The notes below the pieces were generated by a model. It was not told the DNA's origin. It did not search any database and was given only the letters and a program-made list of their open reading frames with translations. The translations under genes and the position numbers were made by a program. This document shows, piece by piece, positions 25,331-37,200 of a stretch of DNA of 64,000 nucleotides (positions are counted from its first letter, which is position 1; every line of letters begins with the position of its first letter). This stretch comes from Octopus sinensis (lineage: Eukaryota): contig NW_021831404.1 in NCBI RefSeq assembly GCF_006345805.1, positions 1-64,000 of the forward strand. Direction: 5' to 3'.

Positions 25331-26513
25331 AGGTGATGTCATGTTTTAACAGAGAAGAGATGTTAGTAAGGTTATGTTGCATCACAGAGAAATGAGAAAG
25401 TACAGGTAAGGTTAAGCAAGAAAGTGAGAGAGAGAGAAATGGAGAGACTCCTTTAAAACAGGAAAACTGTAAATCAGAGAGCATTTTGTATAACATTCTA
25501 TTTGTGAATTAAGAAGTTTCCTGTGAGGTAAGGAGTCTCTGTATGATAGGGAACATCATCATTATAATCATATAATGTTCACCTTCTGTTCCCTGTTTGA
25601 AATAAGGAATCCCCTGTTTAAATAGGGAGTCAGAATTATCATCATCATAATCATTTAACATCCATTTTCCATGCTAGCATGGGTTGGACAGTTTGACAGG
25701 AGCTGGCAGAAACGTTAGCACGCCGGGCGAAATGCTTAACAGTATTTCGTCTGCCGTTACGCTCTGAGTTCAAATTCCGCCGAGGTCCACTTCGGGGTCG
25801 ATAAATTAAGTACCAGTTACTGGGGTCGATGTAATCGACTTAATACCTATGTCTGTCCTTGTTTGTCCCCTCTATGTTTAGCCCCTTGTGGGTAATAAAG
25901 AAATAGGTTTGACAGGAGCTGGTGAGTCAGAAGATTGAATCAAACTCCATTTGTCTCTGATTTGGCATGGTTTCTATGGCTGGATGCCCTTCCTCAAACC
26001 AACCACTTTAGAGAGTGTACTGGGTGCATTTTATGTGGCACCACACTGGTACTTTATATATGACACCAGCACGAGACCATTATACGAGGCTTCAGCGTAG
26101 ATGCTTTTTATGTGGCACCTGCACAATTGCTTTATACGTGGCACCCGCACAAGTGCTTTATACATACCACCTGCACAGGTACTTTTTATGTGACACCAGC
26201 ACAGGTGCCTTTGATGGGGCACCAGCACTTAAATCCATTGACAAAGAGAGTTTCTTATTGAAGCAGGGAGTGTCCTGGTAAAATATGGGGTCTCCCCTTA
26301 AAATAGGGAAACTCCTGTTGAAATAAGGAGTGTCCCACTGAAACAGAGTCCCTCATCTATGTAAGGAGTGTCATGTAAAGAAAGGAGAATCTATAACATA
26401 AGGGGACTCTTGTAAACACACTGGGTCTTCTGTAATGTAGCAAGTTGCTTGTAAAGTGGGGAATATTCTGAGACATGGACATTAAAAGTGACAACAAAAG
26501 AAAATGCACTCAC

Positions 26514-26632
26514 CTGGAACTTGAAACGACGTCCAGTTGCTTCGAGACACACCACTGATTTCATGAACATTGCTTTGGAAATCTGGAGTTGTTGAAAATT
26601 CCAGCTCATCACATCCTTCTTCAGTGGAACAC
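26514..26632 (-). CDS. ZZEF1: ZZEF1 exon 20 (CSTEEGCDELEFSTTPDFQSNVHEISGVSRSNWTSFQVP)
   Basis: Contains the C-x-TEEGCDEL motif. ttttcag acceptor, gtgagt donor, phase 2-1. Confidence 0.95.
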
Positions 26633-27177
26633 CTGAAAACATTTGAATCAACTACATTATAAGCTGAATACGTGTGTGTGCGTGTGTGTGTGTAAATGAA
26701 TATGATTCCAGTCAAGTATGACCGTGGGATTGCACCAAGAAAGTTCCCCTCTGTGGCACAAGTCTGGGCAAGTTTGTTTATGAAAGATAAGGCTTCCCTC
26801 TTGATGCCACCGATGTTATCCAAGAGAAAGGCAAAGGGGTCGATACAGCTTGGCACCAGTGACGTTGGAACTCATTTCTACAGCTGAGTGAACTGGAGCA
26901 ATGTGAAATAAAGCGTCTTGCTCAAGAGCACAACAAACAGCCTGGTCCAGGAATCGAACTCACTACCTCATGATTGCGAGCCCAGCACACTGAGCCAGAA
27001 TATGTAATGCTAATGATAATAAGGATTTATAACAGACACAAACATGTAAAAGAGGGACCACCATCATCTTCTTATCACAAACTCCCAAATAACAACATTA
27101 AAGAAGAACTTTTGTTTCAGTCACTTAAGCAGATAGCAACATGCAGAATTATTTTGTCCTGCATGAATTATCTAGGC

Positions 27178-28562
27178 CAATGGTTCTCAACTGGGGTCCT
27201 GATGACCTTTAAGGGTCGATATAAAATGTTGTTGTTAAAATTTATTAGCAATAAATCGGTTATACTTCCACGATACACAAAATATTTAATCATCATTTTT
27301 TTACATCATCATCATCGTTTAACATCCATTTTCCATGCATGCATGGATAGGATGGTTGACAGGAGCTGGCCAGGTAGAAAAACTACCCTAGGCTACTGTG
27401 TCTGTTTTGGTAGAGATTTTACAGCTGGATACCCTTCCTAACACCAACTATTCTGCAGAGTGGACTGTGCTTTTTACGTGGCACAAGCACAAGTGAGGTT
27501 AGTTTTGGCATGATTTTTACAACTAGATGCCCTTCCAAATGCCAACTACATTACAGTGTGGACTGAATGCTTTGAACGTGACACTAGCATTGGCAGGATA
27601 ACCAAGTAACTCGCAAGACAAGGAATTATGAGAGGGGTAAAGGCATTTGAGGAGAAGAATTTGTGTTGGAGGATTAACGGTTAGAATGTGACAAAGAGAC
27701 AGAAGCAGGTGTCTTGCCACAACAGAGGAGGCATTAGAGAAGGTGATCCAGTATCAGATGATGAAAGGTAACAGAGAAATAGAGAGACAGAAATAGGTGT
27801 CTTGCTATAGAGAAGGTACATGGTTACCCAATGAGAGAGAGAGGTATAAGAAAGAGGCCAGAAACAAGTGTGCTGATGTAAAGGAGATAATTGGTTACCT
27901 AATCAGAGGAAAAACAAAAGAATGACAGAGAGTGACGAAGAAAAAGGGAGAGAGAGCAAGAAACAGCAAATGTGTAAGAGAGAGCAGAAGAGAGATGATG
28001 TAGTGCTAGGGTATACTCACAAGTTACAATGATCTGAGCATAGAATCTTGGTAGTAAAATAGGGTGTGGATGTTGGGAGAGGAGGGAGCAGTGGTACAGT
28101 GAGCAGGGCAGTGAGGGTAAGAAAGGGGATTGGAAAACATAGTTTATGAAGAGGAAATGTGAGGAAGTAAAAGATGCAGTTTAGAAGGGGAGTTGTAGTT
28201 CGGTTTCTCAGGGTAGAGTGGGTGGAAAGTGTGTTGTTATATGTGGGTGGGACACAACTCATCTAGCACTCAGTTTCATGGATGGGTCTTCTCCAGAACC
28301 TCATATAACCAAACATCTCGGTCCATTGTCATTTCCTCCATGTGCCCCAACATCCTAAGATCAGTCTTCACCACTTCATCCCATGTCTTCCAGGGTCTCC
28401 CTCTTCCACATGTACCATCCCCTTTCAGTAACAGGCACTTCTAATAATATTTAATTATAAAAATAGAATAGGATTTTTTTTTTTTTAACATTTAATGACT
28501 ATGAGGGTCCACCTAAAAAATCAAGAGGATTCATAGGTAAAAAAAACGGTTGAGAAACTCAG
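27178..28562. mobile_element. Old hAT-type MITE interrupted by nested SINE and RTE insertions
   Basis: caatggttctcaac ... gttgagaaactcag ends, flanked by degenerate CTAG-centred 8-mers (atctaggc / gcctagac). Confidence 0.5.
28270..28442 (-). mobile_element. RTE-type LINE C-terminal fragment
   Basis: KCLLLKGDGTCGRGRPWKTWDEVVKTDLRMLG...DRDVW...LEKTHP*. Confidence 0.75.
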
Positions 28563-28999
28563 GCCTAGACAAATAGTGGTATGCAGAATCATCTTGTTTT
28601 ATACGATCAAGGTAGATAACTCTGATCGTTTTAGTTGGTCTGACCAATGAGAAAGAAAAAGACCAAAAATCTTTCTTTAATGCTTCAATTTAAATACCTT
28701 AACATTTCAAACCTGTTTCTCTTTACATTATATTTCTAATTGTGTTTTTTTTTTTAAAAGCCCAACCCTTTAGCATTCAAACTATACTGTAAATGTGATG
28801 TTTGTTTATTCACATTGTTTTTAATTAATCATGCATTATCTCGTAGCTACGAGATTTCAATGATGAGATTGTTTATATTGAGAATGATATTGTTGAGTAG
28901 ATGGGAAAAACCAGTTCTGGTCAGTTTGAACATAAAATATGTAGAATATTTGAGCCAAATATGGGTGGTCTAAATACTAAAGAGCTAAATTCCAGAGTT

Positions 29000-29860
29000 G
29001 TTAAACAGGTTATCAAAAGGTGACAACTACAAGGAGTCAGGCCACCATGACCACCACCAAAAACTGCCATCCCTCCACCCACACTATTTATGTTGGGAGA
29101 AGTGATGACTGAGATTGCAACCATGACCATCACCATCAACAACCACATACACACGTTAGCTACATGGTACCAAAGGAGACTACAAACATTGCATGTCAGT
29201 CAACCATGACCACCACCAACTACTCCACACATATGCACTCACATGCTATTTATAGGTTATCAAAAGTGACCACTAAGGTTAGATGTTGCCTGTCCACAAC
29301 CATCACCACCACCATCAACTACTGCCTAGACACTACTCACATGTTACCAAAAGCGATAGTAAGGTTGGAAGATGCTAGTCCTCAATGACCACCACCAACT
29401 ACTACCCAAACACTACTGGCACTCCATCAGTTATAACAAGTGCTCCAGTTGATCAGATCAACACAACAGCCTGCTAATAAAATTAATGTTCAAATGGCTG
29501 AGTACTCCATAGATATGCACACCTTTAATATAGTTCTGAGATAGTTTCAGCATAAATCAGAATGTGACGGATCTGAGCCCTTTGAATTACAGGTAGTACT
29601 CATTTTTGCCAGCTGAGTGGATTGGAGCAATGTGAAATAAAGTGTCTTGCTCAAGAACGCAATGCCCTACCAGGAATTGAACTCATGACCTTACAATGGC
29701 AAGCCAAACACCCTAACCACTAAGCCACGTTCCTTCAAACACTACTTACATGTTATCAAATGTGACAGTGAGGTAAGACGTAAACCTGTCCCGGACCACC
29801 ACATCATCAATTACAACCCAAACGCTACTTACATGTTGTCAAATGTGACAGTAAGGTAGG
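29000..29860. repeat. Degenerate 83-95 bp minisatellite derived from the exon 19 3' end and donor, split by a SINE
   Basis: 29737-29779 is about 88 percent identical to 29820-29862. Older units lie near 29005, 29150, 29237 and 29331. Confidence 0.75.
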
Positions 29861-30029
29861 AAGCCCCTGGAACATGTATCTTCTCCTCCTCTTTTGTGTT
29901 GTTGTCGTAGTTGTGTTTTGACTCGCGGCAGATTACGACATCATTGTCTTCTTCCAAGAATTGGCAGGCCATCAGTGCCACTTCAGGTAACAAGGCCAGA
30001 TCACAACGCTTCGTGCCATTCTCGATGGC
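29833..30029 (-). CDS. ZZEF1: ZZEF1 exon 19 (AIENGTKRCDLALLPEVALMACQFLEE...RESKHNYDNNTKEEEKIHVPGASYLTVTFDN)
   Basis: Strong match to ACQFMEE...RESKHPYNNNTNFEDKVHIPGA. acaacag acceptor, gtaagt donor, phase 0-2. Missed by the ORF track because it has no start codon. Confidence 0.95.
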
Positions 30030-30529
30030 CTGTTGTCATCATACAAGGGAAAAAATGAAAATCAGAAACATATTTAGATAATAAAAGGAAAAAAAGAAAC
30101 AGATATTATTATTAGTTTAACAGATTCCAAGTAAAAAGATATATTTAGGTCAAATCATTAAAGTGTGCGTGTGTGTGTGTGCGTGCGTGTGCGTTTTCAC
30201 TTCAATGGGTTCCCTTATTACATGTATTCACTTGTTTCATGTGTTCACTTGCTCTATGCATTTACTTGCCCTATTTGTTCATTTGAGTCACATGTTTTGC
30301 TCAAGAACACAACACGTCAACAAGTCCAGGAATCGAAACCACAATCTTATGACCATGAGTCCAACACCCTAACCACTAAGCCACAAGCCTCCACAAATGT
30401 ATACTTGACCACAAAGTCATGCCTATATCATCTTTAAAGATTCACAATAGCAGCAAAGACATGAAAAATAACCAACTCTAACCATCATGACCACCACCAA
30501 AAATGACAGTCTATCTATGTGTTACATAC

Positions 30530-30869
30530 CTGGTCAGTCACCTTTTTAGGCAGGACACCATGTAAAAGATCAAATATACAGGATACTTGGTGACCATCAG
30601 AAACCCCGAAGAGTTTTGCCCCGACTGGTGCAACCTCATCTGGCCAGGCAGAGAGTAAAGACACTAGTAACTGGCGAGAGTAGAGAACAACAATAGCTCT
30701 GGCCAGCTTTAGCAGGTAGATGTCCGACACACGGCTCTTGTGTTCCTTCTGCAACAGTTCAGCACTCTTCTTGTGCCGTTCTTGTTCAATGTCATTCTGA
30801 ACTTCGTCTGGCAGTGTGATCAGGTCTTCGAAACAGTGTGGCACTTCTTCTGTGGTGCAGCTTGTCAAA
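30530..30869 (-). CDS. ZZEF1: ZZEF1 exon 18 (LTSCTTEEV...KKSAELLQKE...VLYSRQLLVSLLSAWP...KVTDQ)
   Basis: Within ORF 30515..30868. KSAELLQKE and VLYSRQLLVSLLSAWP resemble KSAALLHKE and VLYARHVLASLLAEWP. gtatgt donor. Confidence 0.93.
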
Positions 30870-31060
30870 CTTGAGAGGAATAGAAGAATGAAACGAATTA
30901 GGATGGGGCAGAATAGAATGAAATGGAATGATACAGAAGAGAATAGGACAGAATAAAAATGAATGGGAGAAGAAAGAATAAAATATACTGGATATAGAAT
31001 GGAATAGAATAACAGAACACATTTAGAATAGAATAAAGAGAATATGATAAGATAGAACAG

Positions 31061-31414
31061 AATGCATTCGAGCTTTGGTGTTGGAGAAGACTTTTACGGA
31101 TTCCATGGACAGCGAGGCTCACCAATGGAGAAGTTCTTAAGCAGATAAGGCCGAAAATGTCGCTAGAAGCTAGGATCACCAAGCATAGATTGGCATATTT
31201 CAGTCATATTATGCGGAGAAAATCCCTGGAGAAGGACATCATGCTCGGAATGGTCAGTGGCAAGAGAGGAAGAGGCCGACCAAGAACCCGCTGGCTTGAT
31301 ACCATCAAGAGTGATACTGGAATGGACATAGCCAATCTGAAAGAAGCAGCCCGGGATAGAACTGACTGGAGGACACTGATCCAACGGGTGACCGAGAGTC
31401 GACTTCGACTGAGC

Positions 31415-31450
<36 letters not shown>
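31061..31450 (+). mobile_element. Young 5'-truncated RTE-clade (BovB-like) LINE with (AG)n tail and 12-bp TSD
   Basis: Open frame NAFELWCWRRLLRIPW...YFSHIMRRKSLEKDIMLGMVSGKRGRGRPRTRWLD...RLSG*. TSD agaacagaatgc at 31054-31065 and 31451-31462. Confidence 0.9.
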
Positions 31451-31455
<5 letters not shown>

Positions 31456-31904
31456 AGAATGCTGAGATAAGTAAAAAACAGTCTTCCACACATACAGGAT
31501 TATCTCTTCAGGTGCCAGTGCTACTTAAAAAGCACATGTGACAGTGTTGCATTAACACACCTGAGCTGGCAGCAGGTAAAAAAAGCACCCAGCACACTCT
31601 GTAAAAGTGGTTGGCATTAGGAGAGGCATCCAGCCATAGAAACCATGCCACAACAGACAGTTGGAGTCTGGACAGCGCCCTGCTAGCCAGCTTCCATGCC
31701 AAACCATCAGACCCATGTCAGCATGGATAGTAGATGTTGAATCATGATGATGATGATGATGATGATGAATATAATGGTTTCAGATTTTGGCACATGGCCA
31801 GAAGCTTTTGAGGGGAGGAGGAAGTTGATTACATCAATCCCAGGATTTGATGGGTACTTATTATTATCAACCTCGAAAGGATGAAAGCCAAAGTAGTGGT
31901 GGTG

Positions 31905-31983
<79 letters not shown>

Positions 31984-31985
31984 CG

Positions 31986-32017
<32 letters not shown>

Positions 32018-32030
32018 GAGAGAGAGAGAG
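31905..32030. repeat. Compound (GGT)/(GTA)n/(GCA)n/(GA)n microsatellite; similar tract at 63105-63228
   Basis: Direct reading. Source of the poly-S/V/L/Y ORFs. Confidence 0.95.
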
Positions 32031-32048
32031 CAATGTTGTGATACTCAC

Positions 32049-32159
32049 ACTTCTTTGATTCCTTTGAATTCCAAGAATTGAACACCAGAATCTATTGTTT
32101 GGTCGTTACTGGAAGTTGGTAAGATATCATCACAGGGGTTCAGGGGGTCACTCACAGAA
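32049..32159 (-). CDS. ZZEF1: ZZEF1 exon 17 (SVSDPLNPCDDILPTSSNDQTIDSGVQFLEFKGIKE)
   Basis: atctctgcag acceptor, gtgagt donor, 111 nt, phase 2-2. Confidence 0.8.
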
Positions 32160-32341
32160 CTGCAGAGATAAAAACAGGGGAGAAGACAGGGATTAGAAAG
32201 GTGTATATGGGGAGTAAAATAAGGTGGGTTGAACGTTTGCACAGAACGGAACACCTTTTCATAAAATATATCCATTTTATTCAAATGACTATATCAGTAC
32301 ACATGCATAAGTAAAAATTTATTATTCTTAAACAAGACATA

Positions 32342-32720
32342 GGCATAGGAGTAGCTGTGTGGTAAGTAGCTTGCTTAAGAACCACACGGTTCCAGGTTCA
32401 GTCCCACTGCGTGGCACCTTGGACAAGTGTCTTCTACTATAGCCTCGGGCCAACCAAAGCCTTGTGAGTGGATTTGGTAGACGGAAACTGAAAGAAGCCC
32501 ATTGTATATATGTGTGTGTATGCGTTTGTGTTTGCCCCTCCAACATCCCTTGACAACCGATGCTGGTGTGTTTAAATCCCCATAACGTAGTGGTTCAGCA
32601 AAAGAGGCCAATAGAATAAGTACTAGGCTTACAAAGAATAAGTCCTGGGGTCGATTTGCTCGACTAAATGCGGTGCTCCAGCATGGCCACAGTCAAATGA
32701 CTGAAGCAGGGAAAAGAACA
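32342..32720 (+). mobile_element. tRNA-derived SINE family B, representative copy
   Basis: gctgtgtggtaag A-box-like, ggttcagtccc B-box-like, internal (TG)n. Copies at 10670-11060, 15470-15880, 38255-38640, 38690-39062, 48000-48390 and 59805-59990. Confidence 0.85.
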
Positions 32721-32733
32721 GAATATATAAATA

Positions 32734-33038
32734 CTAGCAGTATCGCCCGGCGTTGCTCAGGTTCGTAAGGGAAATAACTATATAAGCATTTTTAGGGAGT
32801 TACTTCCCTTATATAAACCGAGCAAAGAATGCATTAAAAAATGAAAAAATGATGGTAAATTTTTTTTTAAATTGTAGACTCATCGTAGACGTGTGCTAAT
32901 ACCCAGAAGGGCTCGATATGAATCACGACTATAAGATACCCGCATTTGGTTAAACTGCACCGCAAAATGTGGGAGTAGTTAGGAATCTAAATCGGAGGAG
33001 ACAGACTCTCACACACACAACTTCAGTTTTATATATAA
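32734..33038 (-). mobile_element. Non-autonomous Helitron/HINE-type element
   Basis: On the minus strand it ends in a GC hairpin plus CTAG/T (32734-32762). The 5' end tatatataaaactgaagttgtgtgtg is typical of such elements. Confidence 0.65.
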
Positions 33039-33082
<44 letters not shown>

Positions 33083-33136
33083 AAGTATGGTTAACAGAAG
33101 ATACAATTTATATCATTATTTGTTCCCCCATTGTAC

Positions 33137-33205
33137 CTTCTGCAGTGGGTGTTCAAAGTGCAGCTAGATGCTGAACCACACCAGTTCTTCAGGGGAACAC
33201 TATTG
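33137..33205 (-). CDS. ZZEF1: ZZEF1 exon 16 (NSVPLKNWCGSASSCTLNTHCR)
   Basis: gtgttag acceptor, AG/gtacaa donor, single open frame, 69 nt, phase 2-2. It could be skipped without a frameshift. Confidence 0.65.
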
Positions 33206-33220
33206 CTAACACAGATCAAA

Positions 33221-33251
<31 letters not shown>

Positions 33252-34411
33252 GTGAGAGAGTGTGTGTATATACACACACACACACATGCATGCATGTTGC
33301 TATGTAATGATTCAGGGACCCACCAGAGTGGTACAATGTGTCCTACTCTGAAAGGACACTGGCATGCTGTGGAAACTCCAGAGTAACAGGACACCAGACT
33401 AGCTTAAATAAACTGTGTGTGTTATGTGTCCTTGTGTGTGTGTGTGTGTGTGTGTGTGTGCACGCAGGCATGGCTATGTAATAAAGAAGTTCATTTTCCA
33501 ATTACATGCTGTCAGGTCCAGTTCCACGGTGTGGCACCTTGGACAAGTGTCTTCTATTATAGACTTGGGTCGACTAAAGCCTTGTGATCATAGCTCTAAT
33601 TCATTGGAGCTGACCCAGGGTGCTAAACAAGAGCAGCAGCAACAATAACAATAACTGTTTCAAATTTAGACCCAAGGCCATCAATTGAGACCATAAAGCT
33701 ACTCAATACCATTGATCACAGTACATGAGTGATACTTTTATTGTACTGAATCCAGAGGGGTGAAAGACAAAGTTGACTCCAGCAGGATTTGAACTCAGAA
33801 TGTAAAGAGCCAGAACAAATACCAAGAGGCATTTTGTCTGGCACTCTAATGATTCTGCCAAACCCAATTAATAATATTGTTTGCTAATTTATGCACAAGG
33901 CCAACAATTTTGAAGAAAGGGGGTTAGTTCATGCCATCAACCTTAGTATGTAGCTGGCTGTGAAGGTATGTGGTTTAGTGGTTAGGGTACTCAGCTTACA
34001 ATCATAAAGTCAGGAGTTCGATTCCTGGTGGCACATTGTGTGTCCTTGAGCAAGACACTTTATTTCATGTTGCTCCAATCCACTCAGCTGGCAAAAATGA
34101 GTTGTACCTGTATTTCAAGGGGCCGGCCTTGTCGCACTCCATGCCACACTGAATCTCCCTGAGAACTATGTTAAGGGTATACATGTCTGTGAAGTGCTCA
34201 ACCGCTTGCACGTTAATTTTAGGAGAAAGCTGTTCTATTGATCAGATCAACTGAAATTCTTGACCTTGTAACCTACAGAGTGCCATTTTTTTTTTTAACT
34301 TATTTGGCTGGTACTTTATTTGTTGACCCCTGGAGGAATGCAAAGCAAAGGTGACCTTGGTGGATATGAGATTGAAACAAAGAGTAACAAATACAACGGC
34401 TATACACTTAC

Positions 34412-34482
34412 CTGTCTTCAGCTTTCTTGGATAAGAAATTTTCGACAATAACTTCAAAGGAGTCTGTCTGATGGAATGGATG
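34412..34482 (-). CDS. ZZEF1: ZZEF1 exon 15 (HPFHQTDSFEVIVENFLSKKAED)
   Basis: catttcag acceptor, AG/gtaagt donor. The phase 0-2 reading joins exons 14 and 16. A second open frame (IHSIRQTPLK...) does not fit the neighbours. Confidence 0.75.
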
Positions 34483-36482
34483 CTGAAATGAGGAAAAGAC
34501 AATCCAACTCAGTCATCCACATATATTTCTCATATACAACACAATGAAGGAGCCACTATATAGTCGTCTGACATTCTAGAAATAACAACCAAATGCCCAT
34601 CAACCCACTTCTTACGTCTTGAGAAAAAGAAACAACACATACAATTATGTAATCCTAGATACACAATGTCTGCATAAAAGACATGATTGTCAGAGTTGGA
34701 ATGTCTTTGATCCTGTGTCTGTTCAATCAGGGTAGATTTGGAGATGGTGAAGAAGGTTCACAACAACAAACAGGAAGACGCAGTGAAAAACTGTTGTTGT
34801 TGTGGCTGTTATTGTTGTTGTGGTAGTTATGGAGTAACACTTCCACATTCACTCAAATGTATTTAGGTAGCTCACTCCCTCCAAGCCACTGAAGTAATTG
34901 AGTGAACATTTAGCTGGTATTTATAGTTGGGTCTATCCTGCCTTCATTGCAGGGCCCAACTGTTAAGGACCTCAAATCTCTTTCCTTTTATTCTTTTCCT
35001 TATTTCAGTCATTGGCCATACTGAAGCACCAGCATGAAGGGTCACCTACTCCTGCCCTCAAGAGGGGCAACAATCTTGACACGCTTAAGGACTCCAATAA
35101 CACAAATTTCATTTGACCTCTATAAGCACGAAAAAAAGACATTAGCCCTTTAGCATTCAGACTACTCTGTCAAATGCAAAGAGTAAAGACCCTCTTCGGT
35201 CATGAATGACCCTGGGATTGCACTTAGAAAGTTCCCCTCTGAGGCACAAGTCAGAGCAAGGTTGTTTATGGAAGACCAGCAGTTGCCCATGCAAAACAGC
35301 CTCTCTTCTTCATGCCACTAATGTTATCCAAGGGGAAGGCAAAGGCCAATACAGCTTTGCACCAGTGATGTTGCATCCCATCTCTACAGCTGAGTGAACT
35401 AGAACAACGTGAAATAAAGTGTCTTGCTCAAGAACATAACACACAGCCTGGTCCTGAAATCGAACTCACTACCTCATGATGGTGAACCCGACACTAACCA
35501 TTGAGCCATGTGTCTTCATAACAATGATGAACACCCTTAATCAGTTTCTAATCTTATTGGATCCTCATCAGAGGCATCCACATGAATCTGTTTTGAATTA
35601 ATCAGGTATTATCTCATAGCGTCAAGTATTCAATGATGTGACTGTTCATTTCGAGAATGACATTGTAGAGTAGGTGTGAAAGGCTGGATCTGGCCAGTCT
35701 GAACATAGAACAGACAGAATATCTGGGCCAGATATGGCCGGTTTAAATGCTAAAGGGTCAATGATTACGATACATATACATTTAATGATTACGATACATA
35801 TACACATACATACATACATACATACCAAAACAACTAGACATACATTCCTTATGGGATCACCCCCAGAGGGGTAACTGAGTTGCTCCTATGGGCATGATCT
35901 CCTAAGAAATATATACTTAGTGGGGATGGAAAAAAAAGGGAGGTCTTTATTTCTTTATTGCCCACAAGGAGCTAAACATAGAGGGGACAAACAAGGACAG
36001 ACAAAGGTTTTAAGTCGATTACATCACCCCACCAGTGCATAACTAGTACTTAATTTATCGACCCCGAAAGCATGAAAGGCAAAGTCGACCTCGGCAGAAT
36101 TTGAACTCAGAACGTGTAATGGCAGACAAAATACCGCTAAGCATTTCGCCTGACGTGCTAACATTTCTGCCAGCTCACCGCCTTTTTATCAACTGGTGGA
36201 ACCAGCTCCACTTTCGGGGAATCAGACTAGACCAACAACAGCAACTTCGACAAACATACAAGTGGCTTTTACATGGTCTAGAAACAACAGCCAAATTCCC
36301 TCAGATCATACCCTTTAAAAAAAAAAAGACTAAAGTTATAGTGGCTGATATAAACCAAAATATGCACAGAAACAAGACAGTCACAGATAATGTGCCTTTT
36401 ATTATAACAGGGTTGACACAGGAGCAAAACCAAAATCAAAAACAACACTTTGAAGATTTGAGACAAATATTGTAGAACTTAC

Positions 36483-36674
36483 TGTATTTTCTATGTCTGA
36501 TAAGTCAGCGAGTACTAGTTTCTCAACTTTTACACTGCTTGCATCTGGGATATCTAAGTCCTGCAATTGTCTACTCTGGGAGTCCATACCTCCAAATTTC
36601 GGAGACTTTTGGCTTGCTTTCTTGGCATTGTGGATGGAGTTAGATTTCGTCATATATTGCAGTAACATCAACAA
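36483..36674 (-). CDS. ZZEF1: ZZEF1 exon 14 (LLMLLQYMTKSNS...VLADLSDIENT)
   Basis: (t)10-aag acceptor, gtaagt donor, 192 nt, phase 0-0, within ORF 36402..36779. Confidence 0.8.
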
Positions 36675-36711
36675 CTTAAAAAAAAAAAATAAACATATAA
36701 ACACAAAAATA

Positions 36712-37200
36712 TCTCTATATATACATATATAAATGGCAAAATGTCTGTGTGTGTGTGTGTATCCTTTATACAAATCCACAATTTTTCAGTTAGAGGGCTC
36801 GCACTTTCTATGGTCATTCAAAACCGTCTAAGGGTGGTTGTGAAGATCTTTTCATTTCCCCAGTTACCCTTGAAAGCCATTAAAAAAAAGAAAATTGATA
36901 AACCGACCCCTTATGTTTCAGGTAGCAAAAGTCTTTAATACAAGGGACGTAACTCCAGCAGTTTATTCTAAAGATATTAAAGCATAGCAAGGGAAATAAC
37001 TCTTTACAACTCTGCATTTCCTTCCCTTTGTTATGTATCACACCTCTTTGGCTTTCAAATGTGCACGCTTTTTTCATTTGAGAAATGCAGGGAATAATTA
37101 ACGAGTTAGACCAAGTGAATGACAAGAGAGCGGGATTTTCATGAAAGACCAAATATACTTGACTAGCACTAAACCCGACAACGCCGGGTCATAATGCTAG
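36712..37200 (+). mobile_element. Non-autonomous Helitron-type element
   Basis: 5' TC, 3' CTAG, hairpin acccg..cgggt (37173-37189) just before the end, inserted between A (36711) and T (37201). Internal (TG)n near the 5' end. Confidence 0.75.

Noticed and set aside
35044-35119. Candidate ZZEF1 exon RSNEICVIGVLKRVKIVAPLEGRS with a good acceptor
   Set aside because: The available donors are phase 1 or 2, while exons 14 and 15 join in phase 0 without it. It is not needed and not supported without RNA data.
35530-35580. CTGATGA...GAAAC on the minus strand
   Set aside because: Stems I and III pair poorly, so it may be chance or heavily decayed.
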